Below the pieces are notes generated by a model that saw nothing but the letters and a program-made list of their open reading frames with translations, was not told where the DNA came from and did no database searches. From Eutreptiella sp. 'Long Island Sound 2002' (Eukaryota > Protista > Euglenida): DNA of 64,000 nucleotides. Where the stretch lies: positions 188,914,001 through 188,978,000 of the forward strand of contig OZ038378.1 of assembly GCA_964036045.1 (NCBI GenBank). Reading direction: 5' to 3'. Of this stretch, positions 22,532 to 35,772 are shown one piece after another. Positions within the stretch are counted from its first letter, which is position 1. The number at the start of each line of letters is the position of its first letter. The position numbers and the translations under genes are program-made.

Positions 22532-23907
22532 CAGACTTGGGGACGGTGGGCCTTCCCACTCACTTGCTTTCTGTCTGATTCTGACCAGAGCTGTGGAAGC
22601 GTTAGTTCAGCTGTTTCGGATCTGTCTCTCATTTCTTGAAGCTCTGCTTGTAGAATCTTGATAGTGCTCTGCAATTCTTCGATCTGTTTGCTTTGCAATT
22701 TTATCGTGTTCTCTGCTTGCCGATGTTGCGTCTTGATATGATCCAGGTCCGCCTTGGTTGTTTCCAATCTTTGAGCATTCATACGCTGTGTGAAATGCTC
22801 CGGAATGAGAGGTTCTTCCTCTTTCTGCGAAAAACCATCATCCAATGCCTGCAATAGGTCTGCACTCGTTCTGCTTGTTTTCTTCATGTCCAGCAAATTG
22901 GGGCTGTTTAGCAAGTCGATATAGTTGTCCTTTGGCTTGAGCAATGCTGCAGTAGGAGCAGTAATCCATGAAGGTTTTTCCCCAGGCCAGGCTTCTTCAA
23001 AAACCGCTTCTGTTGCCACTTCCAAGATGGATTGGCGAATGATATCTTGAGCTTTGTTCTGGTTCATCGCTTGTACGATTCCCTTGTTTCTGAGTGCATT
23101 TTGCTTGTGCGGAGGAGCCAATTTATCACTTGCCCATGCCAACAGATGATGATAAATTTGCAGATAATCCGATCGTGTGACAGTGGCAGTGCCTGTGAAT
23201 GGTACAGTGTCTGGTAATCGGAACAGTTGTTCGTGAATACACTGTAGCCCAGACTTTTGTAATTCTCCCCATATTGTCTTGAGATGTACAGGAAGAGACT
23301 GTTCCATTGGTGTCAGCACAATGTTCTTGAAGAGTGTAGTATTCACCTTCTTGTATTCTTGTCCCTTAATCTGCAGGAGCTTGCCAAATGTATCCTTGAT
23401 CTCACTGTTCTCGATCTTTCGATACGTTTGATCCCACATCTTGACAATATTTTTAATTGATGGTAGCTGCACTTGTATGTGTGCCAAAAGAGCTGGAGAG
23501 CGGGCTAGAGCGATTGGTATGTGTTCCACTTGCTGCTTCTTCTTTTCTTGCATGACTTCAGCTGTCACAGTGAGCAAGTATCCTTGTGGGGCCAATAGTA
23601 CATTTATGCTGGAGACATAACTGATCTTGCCGACTATGGTAGTCCATCTGAGAGCATCACAGAGAGCTTGTACTTGTATTCCAGGCGCGAATGCAGCTGG
23701 TAAAGCACTTTCAGCTTCCTTGTACATATGAGCAGGAGTGAGATCAATGTACTCTGTGAGAAGTCTCTGTAACTCTGGGTCTGATGAGTCTGCAAGCAGC
23801 TGCAACAAAGAAGCTTGATAGGGGACATGTTCCATGTCTGTACACGGGACATGTAGGAAGTGATGTACTGAGGGAAATTTGTTCACTGATGAACCTGATT
23901 GACACAT
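22519..23907 (-). CDS. LINE ORF1 N-terminal part with C-terminal coiled coil; probably one ORF with 21197-22531, split by a frameshift near 22600
   Basis: 462-aa ORF directly upstream of ORF1b, ending in the heptad-rich LETTKADLDHIK...LQAELQEMRDR. The -1 frame continues TNASTALVRIRQKASEW. Confidence 0.7.
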   Translation of the reverse strand: MCQSGSSVNKFPSVHHFLHVPCTDMEHVPYQASLLQLLADSSDPELQRLLTEYIDLTPAHMYKEAESALPAAFAPGIQVQALCDALRWTTIVGKISYVSSINVLLAPQGYLLTVTAEVMQEKKKQQVEHIPIALARSPALLAHIQVQLPSIKNIVKMWDQTYRKIENSEIKDTFGKLLQIKGQEYKKVNTTLFKNIVLTPMEQSLPVHLKTIWGELQKSGLQCIHEQLFRLPDTVPFTGTATVTRSDYLQIYHHLLAWASDKLAPPHKQNALRNKGIVQAMNQNKAQDIIRQSILEVATEAVFEEAWPGEKPSWITAPTAALLKPKDNYIDLLNSPNLLDMKKTSRTSADLLQALDDGFSQKEEEPLIPEHFTQRMNAQRLETTKADLDHIKTQHRQAENTIKLQSKQIEELQSTIKILQAELQEMRDRSETAELTLPQLWSESDRKQVSGKAHRPQVWWTS

Positions 23908-24204
23908 GACAATATATGTGTATCATATATTGTATAGCTTGTTGAAGAGTAAGGAAAGGGAAGCACTGGCCGCATGGGGTATGTTCTGATGAACACAGAG
24001 CCACTCTGGCTATTCTATGATAGTGAAACTGACCGCACGGGTTGCACTGTGTGCCTTTCCGCTCTGGTCTGTGATCCTAATAACTAATGATTGTGCATGC
24101 CAGGTTTCAGGAAACACAGCAACATTAGTTAAAAATACCCTATTTTTTCCTGTAGCCTGATTGTGTCGTTTATCCCCGGGAGGCCTGGTACATGTCTCAC
24201 GTGG

Positions 24205-24277
24205 AGTACTACAACGGGACTCGAACTGGCGTCGCTGGTGGTTAAAGACGACGAATATAACCACTCTACTATTGGAC
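24205..24277 (-). other. tRNA-derived segment (A/B-box-like) near the LINE 5' end
   Basis: The minus strand reads TAGTAGAGTGGTTATATT...CCAGTTCGAGTCCC. The cloverleaf does not close, so this is not a functional tRNA. Confidence 0.45.
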
Positions 24278-24366
24278 GAGTTCAGTGCTACTAGCTGTCT
24301 GACTTCTGATCTGGCTCTAAGTCTGGTATCTCCAATCGTCTACATTATTACTCACTACACTGTCGG

Positions 24367-24440
24367 TTGCCACGTGCTTCAGGGGGAAAACGCTGGGGCT
24401 CCACTCGCGGGATCCTGGTTTCGATTCCCGGCCACCACGA
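24367..24440 (+). pseudogene. tRNA-Gly-like pseudogene/SINE head
   Basis: GTGCTTCAGGGGGAAAAC...CGCGGGATCCTGGTTTCGATTCCCGGCCA resembles eukaryotic tRNA-Gly D and T arms; anticodon and acceptor stems are degenerate. Confidence 0.55.
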
Positions 24441-24689
24441 GCAGTTTCCGCCGTTCGTGGTGGCTCACGGACGGGTGGTGTGGCAACCTCCCGCCACCTG
24501 TGGGCGGTGGCGGGGCGCACTGCTGCAGGCAGTGGGCAGGCATTTTTTTCTCCTGATCATGACCAAAAAAGGGGGTTTGTCAAAAGAGAAGCTAAAAGAG
24601 AAGCTAAAAGAGAAGCAACATCCCAAAGTGGCTCCGGTCACTCATGTCTGTACCAAAACGGGAGACGTCGCGGCCTTCTGTCAGTTGTG

Positions 24690-24780
24690 GGCGGTGGCTG
24701 GGCGCACTGCAGTCAGTGGGAGTCGAACCGACGATCTTTCTGTTGACGAGTCTATGTTGTACCACTAGGCCGCTCCGTCT
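24690..24780 (-). mobile_element. tRNA-derived (Asn-like) SINE-like fragment
   Basis: The minus strand reads GCGGCCTAGTGGTAC...AACAGAAAGATCGTCGGTTCGACTCCC. It shares a roughly 40-bp direct repeat (TGTGGGCGGTGGC.GGGCGCACTGC) with 24499-24538. Confidence 0.5.
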
Positions 24781-27599
24781 CCATGCCGTAGTCACGCATA
24801 CCGGTTGCACTCGGATCTTGCAGAAAAAGAAAACTAAGCTATCAAGTCGCACCCAGGGCTCAGTGCCGCAGAGCATCCACAGGCACCGGCGCCAGCTTTA
24901 CTTTGGGGGTAGTGTACACTCCCCAGGGATCATGCACACGGGCTTGGCGGTTCCACTGTACACAATATTATCAATATCTCTAAGGGGTCTTGTGTGTTTA
25001 GAATCTGCTGGTCCCCCCTTATTGACATTGGTAATAGTGGACCCGTGCTCCCTGCTTCGTACTGCCATCTGTTGAGTGTCTTGTCGCTCCCCTTTTCCGG
25101 TCTGTTGGCGCAGTTCTGAGCACTGTCGGGCCCTCACACCACGTCAAGGTCACCGGCCCTAGGGTCTGAGTAGGGCGTGAGGGATGGGGGGGGGGGGGGT
25201 CGTTAGAGCCACCTGGACCCAGGGGAGGGGGTGGTCTTGCTTCTACAAAAGACCTGAGGTTTGACCATTTCTGGGCAGAAAAATGGAAAAACAACTTTCA
25301 TCCAAACCGGGGCAAATGATGACTTTACTGACATCCCACGGTGTGATAATTCCAAAAACGTCATTTTCATTTCATATTTTTGTTTTCTTTGGCCCTAACC
25401 CATGCCCGGCAACCGGGTGGCCTGCAAATGGCTTGACAACAAAGCTTGGAACCTTCTTATAATATCAAAACCCGTTATTGTTGCCCTAAAAATTTCTTTT
25501 GCCAGTTATTGGTTTTTTTTAAGAAAAATAAAACCGGTTATTGGTTTACACTCGTCGGCAAGCAGGTAGCGATTCTTGATAACCTGAAGTGCAACATAAT
25601 CATCAGGCCACCTCTTCTGCTCCATCCTTCGTGCCGAACTGATCTGTTCAATCCCCCCCCCCTACCCCCCCAGCCACAACTACATCTCCCTGTCGCTCAG
25701 GCCAGTTCTCATTCTCTACCTATTACGAATTGGACTTCACAGGTCGAAGCAGCAGACTATCAGCAATTAACTATCAGGCGACAGGCAGGTACCCTTCCTT
25801 AGGTTTGGAACTGGCTCTGCCTGTTTTGACAGCACTGGGCTGTTGTCTTTTACTGGTGCTTCTCAGTCCTTTTCGAGGAGTCGCAGTCCCCTAGTCAGGC
25901 AACCTACCTCCCAGTAATACCCAAAAATCTGTTGCACCCCCGACAAAAAAACCAATCACAACACCCAGACACCACCTCAACTCAATGCCTGCTTCTGTGT
26001 GGCCTTCATACACATTTACACACTCGCCAAAGAACTTCATTTCATAGGGCCCCATCAGGTGAAGTAACGGTGCAAACAGCTTGAATGCTAGGTGACCCTG
26101 CATGTCAATAAATGTGTCCCTGTACATCTTTGGAGGCGGATTGGCTCAGGACATCATGTCACTGAGTCACTGCTGACAACAAATGCCGAACTGCACGTTT
26201 GAACTCAGGCGGGAGCCCCCGCCGCGCCAAAAAAAAAAAAGGCTGGTTAATTTCAATTTTGATTATTGATAGCTGGCTTGATGCAGGAACATAAAACCGG
26301 ATATTGGTTTTGTGTCACAAAATCCAACCGAGTATTGGTTACATTGCATGAGACGGAACAGATACCGGTTAGTAGCGGCTCCTAAAAAACTGGATCCATG
26401 CCTCATTTGACACAAGAGCCCTCCCCCCGGGGCAGGGGCAGGGGGGGGGGGGGGCTCTAACTACCAACCCTCCTCTTGGATTTTCTCCCAGCCTTATGCA
26501 ACTCTTGCATGAATTCATCATGGCTTCAGATATACCATAAACCGTGCATTTTAACCTAGGACGCACGACGAGTTTAGAGCCTGCAAATCTGCCGAGCGAA
26601 AGCTTATGTGACCAATCACATCATGCAGCAGACATCCAAGACAACCAGGAGCATCAGATGGCCAAGATAAATTGCCACTGTGGTGCTTAGTCTGCAAACA
26701 CAGTGAATACACTCACACTACCTTGGATGGAGGTTCCATACTACTTCTGCAGTCAATGCACAGTGTGACAAATGGCAGAATCCTTTGCTTCTTGTACATC
26801 TAAATGGGCAAAGGGCTACCCAAAGAAACATCTGGGCCCTTGTAATCAAGCATTGCTGCTCCTAAGTGCACTGAAACGATGCAGTATATCATAGTGTACA
26901 AAAAATGGAAAGCTGTGGAGGACTCTGGTTGGTGGCGAGGGGAGGAAAAGGTACCTAGGACAATATTTGTCCTGCCCAACGTGGCCTGTGGCCCGACATT
27001 TTCGCATATTTGAAGATCATCCTCACCCTTGGACTATTGCAACGTGGCCTTGGCTGTTGCCAATATAACACATGGAACTGTCCGAGGGACTGTCCTTGAC
27101 TTTTTTTTGGCTTTCAGGCAGCTGCGAAGGTGATTTCTCTTCGCAGGGATCCCAGAGACTGTCCTTGACTTTAATTTTTTGGTTGTTAATGCGCAATGCG
27201 TGTTGGATGATGAATGTTGTACGTGAAGTGGTTTGCAATTGAGACACACAGCCACCCATGAGGTCACCCGCAGGACTGCAACATCAGACCCATCATCCCA
27301 CCCCACCCCACCCATCCTATTGCAGGTCAGCGCACCAATATAAAAAGAATCTGCAGCTGTAGGTGCAGATGCGGAAACAAACACAGGGAGCAGATGCACA
27401 TATGCAGAGGAAACTGGAAAATGCACAGCTTGTAGGCGACCCGTCTGTGACAGCCAGAAGGTTAGGGTGAAGCCAGAACAGAATCCTTTCAAATAATGAT
27501 TGGATTCTGCATGGACAAAGAGAGGGCAGGCAAACACACAACAGCAGTTCAGAGAAGGGTCATTTTGGTAATACAGCAGACTGCAAGCAGCAAGATTGC

Positions 27600-30500
27600 T
27601 TGCGCCCCAACAAGGATTAGATGGTGAGACGGAGCTTCACAGCGCAGGACGAGGTGAATATAACAGCAAAACAGGCATTTCGGTGTATACTCCCCAGTGA
27701 AAGCGAGACGCTTTTGTTTGTACACTGACAAACAGAAGGACACCAATTTTGTGCATCGCTCGGGGGGCACCCATAAGATGAGCCAGAGCATGCCAAATTG
27801 CTCTCAAAGTCTGCTCAGGCTGTTTGACTCAGGTTTTGGCTACCATAGGGGCTGTCTTTCAGCAGATACACGGTGGTTGAGCAGGCGCAGGGCACCAGTA
27901 GAGGCAGAGATAGGGGCATGGACGGATGGGGGACACAAAGAGAGGGCTTGGGGTCAAGATGTGCACTGGAGGAACAAAGCTGACGGCTGAGGAGCAGTAA
28001 TGGACAGGCTCCAAGCAGTGAAGAGCGGGCAGTGTTTAGCGTTTCACAAGATGGAACCTCCTCTTAAGGCCTATGCAAAAGTCAAAGAGGACACATTGCG
28101 TCTGCTACAAGCAGAAGACAGACAAAAGAAGGATCAGGGGCAGGGATGAAGGCTTGCGCACAGAGACAGTTGGCTGACAAACAGGGCGGTCCGGGATTGC
28201 TTTTAGTAAGGAATCCTGACTTTTACGACCATGTGCCTGAACACTGATGCCTTGAGACTATGCTGTAAGGAACAATATGCCCCCTGAACACTGTGAACCG
28301 CCATCATTAAAGCACCCTCTGCTGAGGATCACCCCCGGGTACCATTCAGTTACCATTGGTAAACGTCAGAGAGCAGTCGATTATTCAACCGTCATCAACA
28401 GCGGTCGGTCAACGGACAACCTCATCGGACCTTCAGAAAGGAACGAGCAGGAGCGACTGAGGATCGCCCAGCTCAGAAATGACATGCAATGGGAGACGTG
28501 TCAGGGGGGAGTACTGCATACTGAGGCTGTCGTTATGGATGGGTCTAAGATTGATCTATGGACCTCGCGCGAGGCATTGGTGAGGGCTGCATAGCCTTAG
28601 TGCCTGGGCTGGCCGAGGCGGGGAGACAAGGTATGGGAACGGGCACTGGGGGACCATGAGGGCGAGGTAGTGGCTTACCTTGGGGCAGGGATGTATCAGG
28701 AGAGAGAAGGTGGGGGGTTGTCGGTAGGAGGGAGGGGTTGGTCTGGCCTAAAATCCCTCCTCCTATGGTCAGGGCTGGAAAACATTCGTTTTGCAATACT
28801 CACACTCAAAATCATCCGATCACCAACAAGCATGAGCACCACAAAGACCATGGCTCCCTGAGGTAAATTTGCAGCACCCATACTCTACCCACGAGTATTT
28901 AGTACCCATCACATTTCTTAACCGGATCCCGGATTAGAAGAGGAAAAGGGGGGGTGGGCGGGGGGGGCAGGGGGAGAGGGGGCCCAGCATGCTATCTGTG
29001 CCCGAGGGTAACTTTGGCTGCCGAGGCGTTGGAAAATCTGTGACAGGAAGAGCCTACACTAAACAACACCAACAGCATCGCCACTGCCATAAAGGTAGTG
29101 CCACGCATCATTATCAAGCAAAGGGACATCCTCGGAAGTGACATCTGCTGTCCCAGACCCCAAACTGCAACGGGACCCTGGAGGCGTAGTACGGGCCCCT
29201 GGGCCCGTAGTATGGGGCCCCTTGCGTTATCCGGTCCCCAGCAAGCGACTTACACTGGCCTCTTGTTCCAGTTTTGTCAGCTTGCGCGCTGGAGGTTGCG
29301 GGAACCACTTCTCTCTCAATTGCCTGTGATGCAACAAAGTACAAGTGGTGGTGAAATGCCATTTTAAGCTTGTGAGTTGTGGACTAAAATATGACACAGT
29401 GCAGCTGAAGTGGAACAAAATTCAACAGAATTGCAATAGTGTAATGCAAGTGCAACAAAAATCTACTGCAAATGCAACAAAGTGCAAGGGAAGTGAAATG
29501 AAGACTCACAGAAGAAATGTGATGTGTCTTACAGATGGGTTCTCATAAATGCTGCAACAACCTGGAACACAGCAGTGCACGCCGTTGGGGAACAGTTGTA
29601 GCATGCACAGTTTTGGTCTGAGCAAAGCTAGGCTGATTGCAAGTGGGTCACAGACACCAATCTTTCTTTGCTCCCCTTTGCGCAAGTATTTAGTTGAGTA
29701 TGGTGCTCAAAAGGCTGTCAGATTTGAGGTCAAGTATGAAGGCATAAAATCAGTGGTGTTAGCCCACAGCATCAGGATGTGGCACATCACTTTTATCGGG
29801 CTTCCCAAAAGGCAACTGTACCGGTTTTGGCTTGGGGTGGCCCCCTGTACTGCAGGTTAAGAGGATGGTCTGGTAGAGCTGGAGCTGGATCTTGAGGACG
29901 ACACAGAAATGGATTCTTGAAAACAGGACGGTCCACCACGAGAAGACATCTTATATGGATCAGCTGTCATGGTCTTTCCGTGAATTTCTTAAAATTGCAA
30001 ACCCGGGTACATCAATTACTACAACACCACAACTTGTGGAAGTACAATATGTCCCAGAGATTCTCCTGTGCACTGCACTTTTCTCAGCAAGACGGTCCAA
30101 ATACACCAGATTATCCTGATATTCAAGGGGCGAGGCATTCTGCTGACCCTTTTTTTCTTCTTCAAGTGGACACAATCACTATCAGGATCCTCAAACTGGG
30201 GGACCTGATAAGGAGGGTTGGCTGCTATTACAGTTTTACCCGGAACAAAGGTTGCTTGCTTTTCTTTGCCTACCCTCTCCTTGCCTTTGTTCCTGCGGGG
30301 CTAGTTTGTGTGTGTGAGAGCTAAAGGTTGCCCCCTTCCACCCCCTGATGTGCTGGTCTCTGAGGCTTAAAGGTTGTGCCCATTCGTAGGAGATACCTGG
30401 ACGGCGAACTCCCCGCGCATATACCTCCAATCTAGGCCGAATCTGCCGTCCTCCTGGACGCTCAAGCAGACACGCCCATCCTGCATCTTGTACCACCACC

Positions 30501-32254
30501 AGGTGCGGGGCGCTTAAGGATATGCCCTTGGAGGTTTTGTGATCTGTGGATTCCACAGATTCTACCCCCCCCCCAACCCCCAAGACCAAGAAGACCAATT
30601 TTACGGAGGGTTTTGGCACAAAACCTTTTGTGGTGCATCACAAGGTGGGTCATTTCGGAGGTTTGGACCCCGGCCCCTCCCCCCTCCTCTTTGCGACAAA
30701 ACCTCCCTTTTCATTCCAATCCAAGTTTCACCTGGGATGCAAAGGATCACGTGCCATCAAGTGATTTGGAACACCTAGTGGAAAACATGCTAGAAAGAGG
30801 GGTGAAATGTTTTGTGTGCTCACAGTTGCAGTGGGTTTTGGCACCACCGCCGCCACTGCATAAGGAGGAGGTTCATCCACAGCCTTTAACATCTCTACAC
30901 CCCCTTCATCCTTACGCATAGGATCACTTCCAGAATACTCGACGGCATCAGACCCAAGATGGCCAACTGAACTACCACCTTGACTGGCACCCTGACTACT
31001 ACCCTAATCAGCACACTTACTGTCCGCACTGTCAGACTGCAACTGCACAGCCACTTGTGCGTTGTCAGGTACTAAATCATCATCACCAAAAGCAACAACT
31101 CTTCTCACGTTTTCGCATGGAGGCAGGTACTGGGCAGGTGAGGGGGACGTTTCAGAAATTGCAGTCTGCCCACATTACACCCCTGCAGCGGAGTGCTTCA
31201 GAATAACCTTAGCTGGATGCAACAAATATTTTCTGTAGACATGTGTGACGCAGCAAACATGCATTGCGTGGGCTCGCCCGATCCTCTGTGTTCCCTATGC
31301 CGGTACACCACAGGGCACAGGGGGTTTCGTCTTGTGTTTCGGGCGGGGGTTGGTTGTTTTTCTTCTGTTTTTTGTGCTTACCTCTGTGCCAAATGACTCA
31401 AATGTTTCTTCATACATCTCGTGAATATCCCATGTGATGAACAGCATGCTCCCGCTGATCGCCACAGGCTTTTGCATTGGGGGCATCTTGTGTGGCCACG
31501 AAGCGCACTCTGCCCGGCTTGTGGGGAGGTCGGATTGGGTAGTGGGAATTTTGGCGAAGCTTGCTTGCACCGCGCCGATATAGCCGAGGGACCTGCACAG
31601 GAGGCTGTGCTGGCAGCCGCTTTGGCCGTATTTGAGGAAGACCGCATTAACCCAATGTTTAGATTGCACACCTTCGGCGCGCTTCCTGGATTTCATCATG
31701 TGCGTGCTGTGCCCTATATACAACCAGCGTTTGCGCCCTATGTACATAAGGCGTGTGTGTGTGTGTGTGTGTGGGTGGGTGGGTGGGTGTGTGTGTGTGT
31801 GAATGTGCATGTGTTGTGGACTCGCACTATATGGCCAGTCAATATGATTGCACATTCCAGTCTGCGTAGGGGTGGGGGGTTCCTAGCGGCACCATGGAGT
31901 TAGCCTTGTGATCATGCGCGCCGGGTGTAGTAAGCCAGACATCACGACTTTCTGCAGAGTGCTCAGCTCTCTCCTGCAAAGGGAGGGGAAAACCCCTTCA
32001 CTTGGCTTGTGGTGTGGCAGGCAACGTGTGCTGTGTGTACTCTTCAAAATCTAGGGCAAGCTCAACGAATGAGACTGTGCCCGGCTTGTTGGCCCACTGT
32101 ATCGTGCCCAGCCATCTGAGAAAATCCGTTAAGAGGGGCAATTCCCATGGCCAGAATTTCGCTGTGGGAGCGTGCAAAGACAGCACTTTGCCATGGGGGA
32201 AGGGTGAGGCATAGGCCCCAACAGCTGTTGCTAAGGATACTTGTGCGTGTGCGC

Positions 32255-32286
<32 letters not shown>

Positions 32287-32771
32287 ATGTATGAGTATGA
32301 ATGCGCAAATACTAGCGTAAGCGCAAGTGTGTGTGGGTCTGTGCACGGGTGTTTGTGAGTTCACGAGGGTTGTGTTTGTGTAAACCCTTGATGATAGCAG
32401 GGGTACATACAGCCTTTTCTCTTCATATTGCTGCGGAGACTCTGCCGCAAGCCGCTCGACAGACGCCTTCTGATCGTGGGACTCGGGATCTTTGAGCCTC
32501 ACAGTGTTCATCTGAAGGCATACAAACCGAATGACGTGAAACTGCGGCAGGTCATCCTTTAATGCTGTTGGCAAAGCCCAGCTGTGGTTGGGTCTGACGA
32601 GCTGTGGTAGACCTTTGAGGAGCTTTGGTCGTTTCATACAGCCCCGACCAAGTTCCTCCATGGCGACACTTAAGCTCCTCAAAAGCACGCACTGCAGTGG
32701 CACACATCAACAAGTCTACCGGTACAAAGGCGGTTTTGCTGGGTGCATCTCAACCAGACAGATGAGGATGT

Positions 32772-32813
<42 letters not shown>

Positions 32814-35738
32814 GGGGGCTGTGCAAGGTTAGTGGTAGGCCAGCAAATGCCCTGCAGTGGGATTTGTGGACTAACAAGACTGACGGGGCCTGCATGTGAC
32901 ATGCACCCCCAAATTTTATATTGCCAGAACCCTACCCTAGCTGGCCCAGACTGTGCAGTACAAACATCCTGAGTGAGTGATGCTGCCAGCATCGCACAGC
33001 CACCCCCACCCCTTCTCTCAGATGGCCTATCTCCTTCTTCCACGCCATTTTGTTGCGGTTGATTTGCAGCCACCAAGTTGCGGCCATGCAAGAGGGCATC
33101 GCGCCCTGGTATCAGCTGTGATGGACTGGGAGGGAACGTCTGCCTGGGGCACCCATCCAAATCAATGTTCCGGCCATCTATCCCAATGCTTTATCCCCAT
33201 CATATCGAGCTTGGGGTGCCCTTTTCACAATTGCAAAAGCACAAGTCATTCATGCATGACCGGAAGCAGTGGTGGCGAGGGAGTGTAATGACAATATTAC
33301 CCTCCCTAAGCACTAAAATAAGTGCCCAAGCCCTAATATGCTGGGCCAAGTCAGAAAATCCCATACAGACACATGCCCCCAAACGAATGGAGGTAGGACT
33401 GTGACCGTTGAAACTTTGCCTGGCTTGCCCGGTGCGCACCCGGCGTGCTAACGTTCCCTCTAGAGCTACTTCTACGCAAGGCACTACAGCCATGCACGAG
33501 GGCCAGGGTCCATGCAGTGTGCTTGGTCTGGAGCTCCCTCCGACTGGGTCCCTGTGCCATTGACCAAGCAGTATTTGGCGGTTGGCATTGCCCTTGCCTG
33601 ACACACAAAAAGCATAGAAAAAAGGCACAGAGACAACGGCACCGCAAAACGTCGAACGGCTCAGCAAGCCTCCCAAATGCCCCACCAAAGCTCATCAAAG
33701 TCCTATCAAACATCCTACCAGAGCTCATGAAAGTGCCCAATTGCTCTGCGAAGCGTGGGTGCTGCCTTTGAAGAGCTTTGGCAGGAAGGACTGTGACTAG
33801 GCAAGAAGCTGATCTATGCTCACAGCAGGAAACCTTCTGATAGACAGCTGCAGTCCATGTGCGCATCAGTTGTTTGGAGCGAAAAAATGGTTTTAGTGTC
33901 CTGCATGTGTAGTAAATGATCCCATGTGCCCACGCCCTCATGGATTGCTACGATTCCCCATAAAGTCTGGTATGTGAACGTGGACCTGAAAGCTACGACT
34001 TCAGGGAGGGGGGGGCAAGGTTTGTGGGGGGGTGGGTGGGACTGTTTGAGCCCAGTTTGGAACCACCCTTTGGGGCTTAAATGTCTTGTGCCCCTCCCTC
34101 CCCCTGGGTTTTGCTTCAGTGGGGAGGGGGGAGGGGGTCCCAGGGGGAGGATTCGCCCCATCGTCCGAATGTACCTCGGGCGCAAACAGCAGCATTGTTG
34201 GACAGTGCCCGAATCAGCCTTTGGAATTGTTATGTATCAAATCATTGGGCGGGGCCGCTTGGTGACACTACTGTCACAGATCTATGTGGTGTGGCCACGA
34301 AGCAATGTTGAGGTTGCTTTCTGAACGAGGTTGTATGGTTTACACGCTTTTGTGCGCACAAAAGCGAAAAGGCGGTTCGACCGGGGTGCCGAAAAACGCT
34401 TTCAATGCGCGCTGGGACATTGTATCTGTAACAGAAATAGCATTGGGTAGATATTGATCACAAGCAACCTTCCTCAATGGGCGCCGCAGGTGCCCAAGAA
34501 AAAGCCCTTGGTGCCGCTGAAAAATGACTCCAGAACCATGCTTTTCATCTGACCTTGGGCTCAGGGGGAGGGGGGTCCAGGGGAGGGGCTGAGGGGGCGT
34601 TGGGGCAGCCCCTCTGCACCTGTGTCGGAACGAAAATTAAAGCAAACAATATTTACCTCCACATGTTTTCCTCAAATGATCAACCCATTCTGTCTTTTTT
34701 TTTGGGGGGGGGGGGGTGGTCGTGATGCCACCATTGACAAGCCAATGTGGACAATCGGGACATTTGAGGCTTGTTACCAGAGGCCCCCCTCACCTACTTC
34801 GCCCCCCCCCCGTCCCTGCGCACACCCCTGCAAACCTTTTTTTGACCTTCCAAATGGGCAAACCTCATGAAATCCCCCCCGAATATATACCTGCCCCGCA
34901 TGCCCCCTAAATGTATGCCCCCTACCTGCCCTGTATGTATGCCGCGCTTGAGCAAATTGTCAGAATTTATACTCCGCAAACAAAATATGGGAAGGGCAAG
35001 AAAATGAATATCATCCTGCTGCAACAGCCCTGCATTGCCCAGGATCACCCTAGCTCTTCCAGTTCAAAATCAAACTCGCAATCTAGATGCTGCATGTCTC
35101 TACAGAGGAAAAAACGAACTGAATGACAAAGCATGGCACCGGCAGCAACTCCCTCTACCTGTTGCCCAGGGTGAAACCCGCGCCCATTTTGTGTGACTCC
35201 TCACAGCAGGCTTACTGAGCGGTTTGGCAGAACCTGTACCCATGGGAATAGATTCGAGGGGCTGGGGAGGTTCAGCAACCATATAACTCACGGATGGGAA
35301 GAATGTGAAGGATGTGAGAAGAGGGGTCTGCCAGGGATTTACCAGTCTACCAGTCTAGAGGTCAGGGGGGACTACTGCTACAGTCAACCAGTCTAGTGCT
35401 GGACGGGGCGGGGGGTACCGGATGCTCTTTGTCCAACTTTATCATCGTATTATGCAACCGGTGCTCGCGTCTCTCCACTTCCTGCAAAGATGGCAAAGAC
35501 AGAGGCCAGAGGCGTGTGGGGCGGGTAATTCAAGCAGCGAGCCGCAATTCCTTGTTCAACTCCGCCGGCCCAGTCCGTGTCACATGCGACTTATCCAACC
35601 ACAGCCCAATATCAAATCCCGCACAACCTGCCATACGTGCAGTGCTTCACACCGGACCATTTCATACGTTGATGGTCCAGCCCTGTTCCCCCCGAAACCC
35701 TCTTTCCCATCCCGATACATCGGACTGTAAAAAAACAC

Positions 35739-35772
<34 letters not shown>

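Larger units (their letters stand above)
15490..24330 (-). mobile_element. Near full-length non-LTR retrotransposon (APE-RT-RNase H type LINE), about 8.8 kb, with two apparent frameshifts
   Basis: Contiguous ORF1/ORF2 organisation on the minus strand and a candidate (TCC)n 3' tail at about 15490-15535. The 5' boundary is approximate and no target-site duplication was identified. Confidence 0.9.

Noticed and set aside
14720-24780. Functional tRNA genes
   Set aside because: All tRNA-like segments fail to form acceptor, T or anticodon stems, so they are treated as SINE heads or pseudogenes.
27697-28600. RNase H-like words (AWTDGG, VMDGSK) on the plus strand
   Set aside because: Short isolated motifs without the remaining catalytic residues; possibly old retroelement debris, but unsupported.
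33600-33950. Possible pogo DDE remnant (TDAH...ISFLPSHS)
   Set aside because: Several stops and only loose similarity; it could equally be intronic noise or contain a micro-exon.
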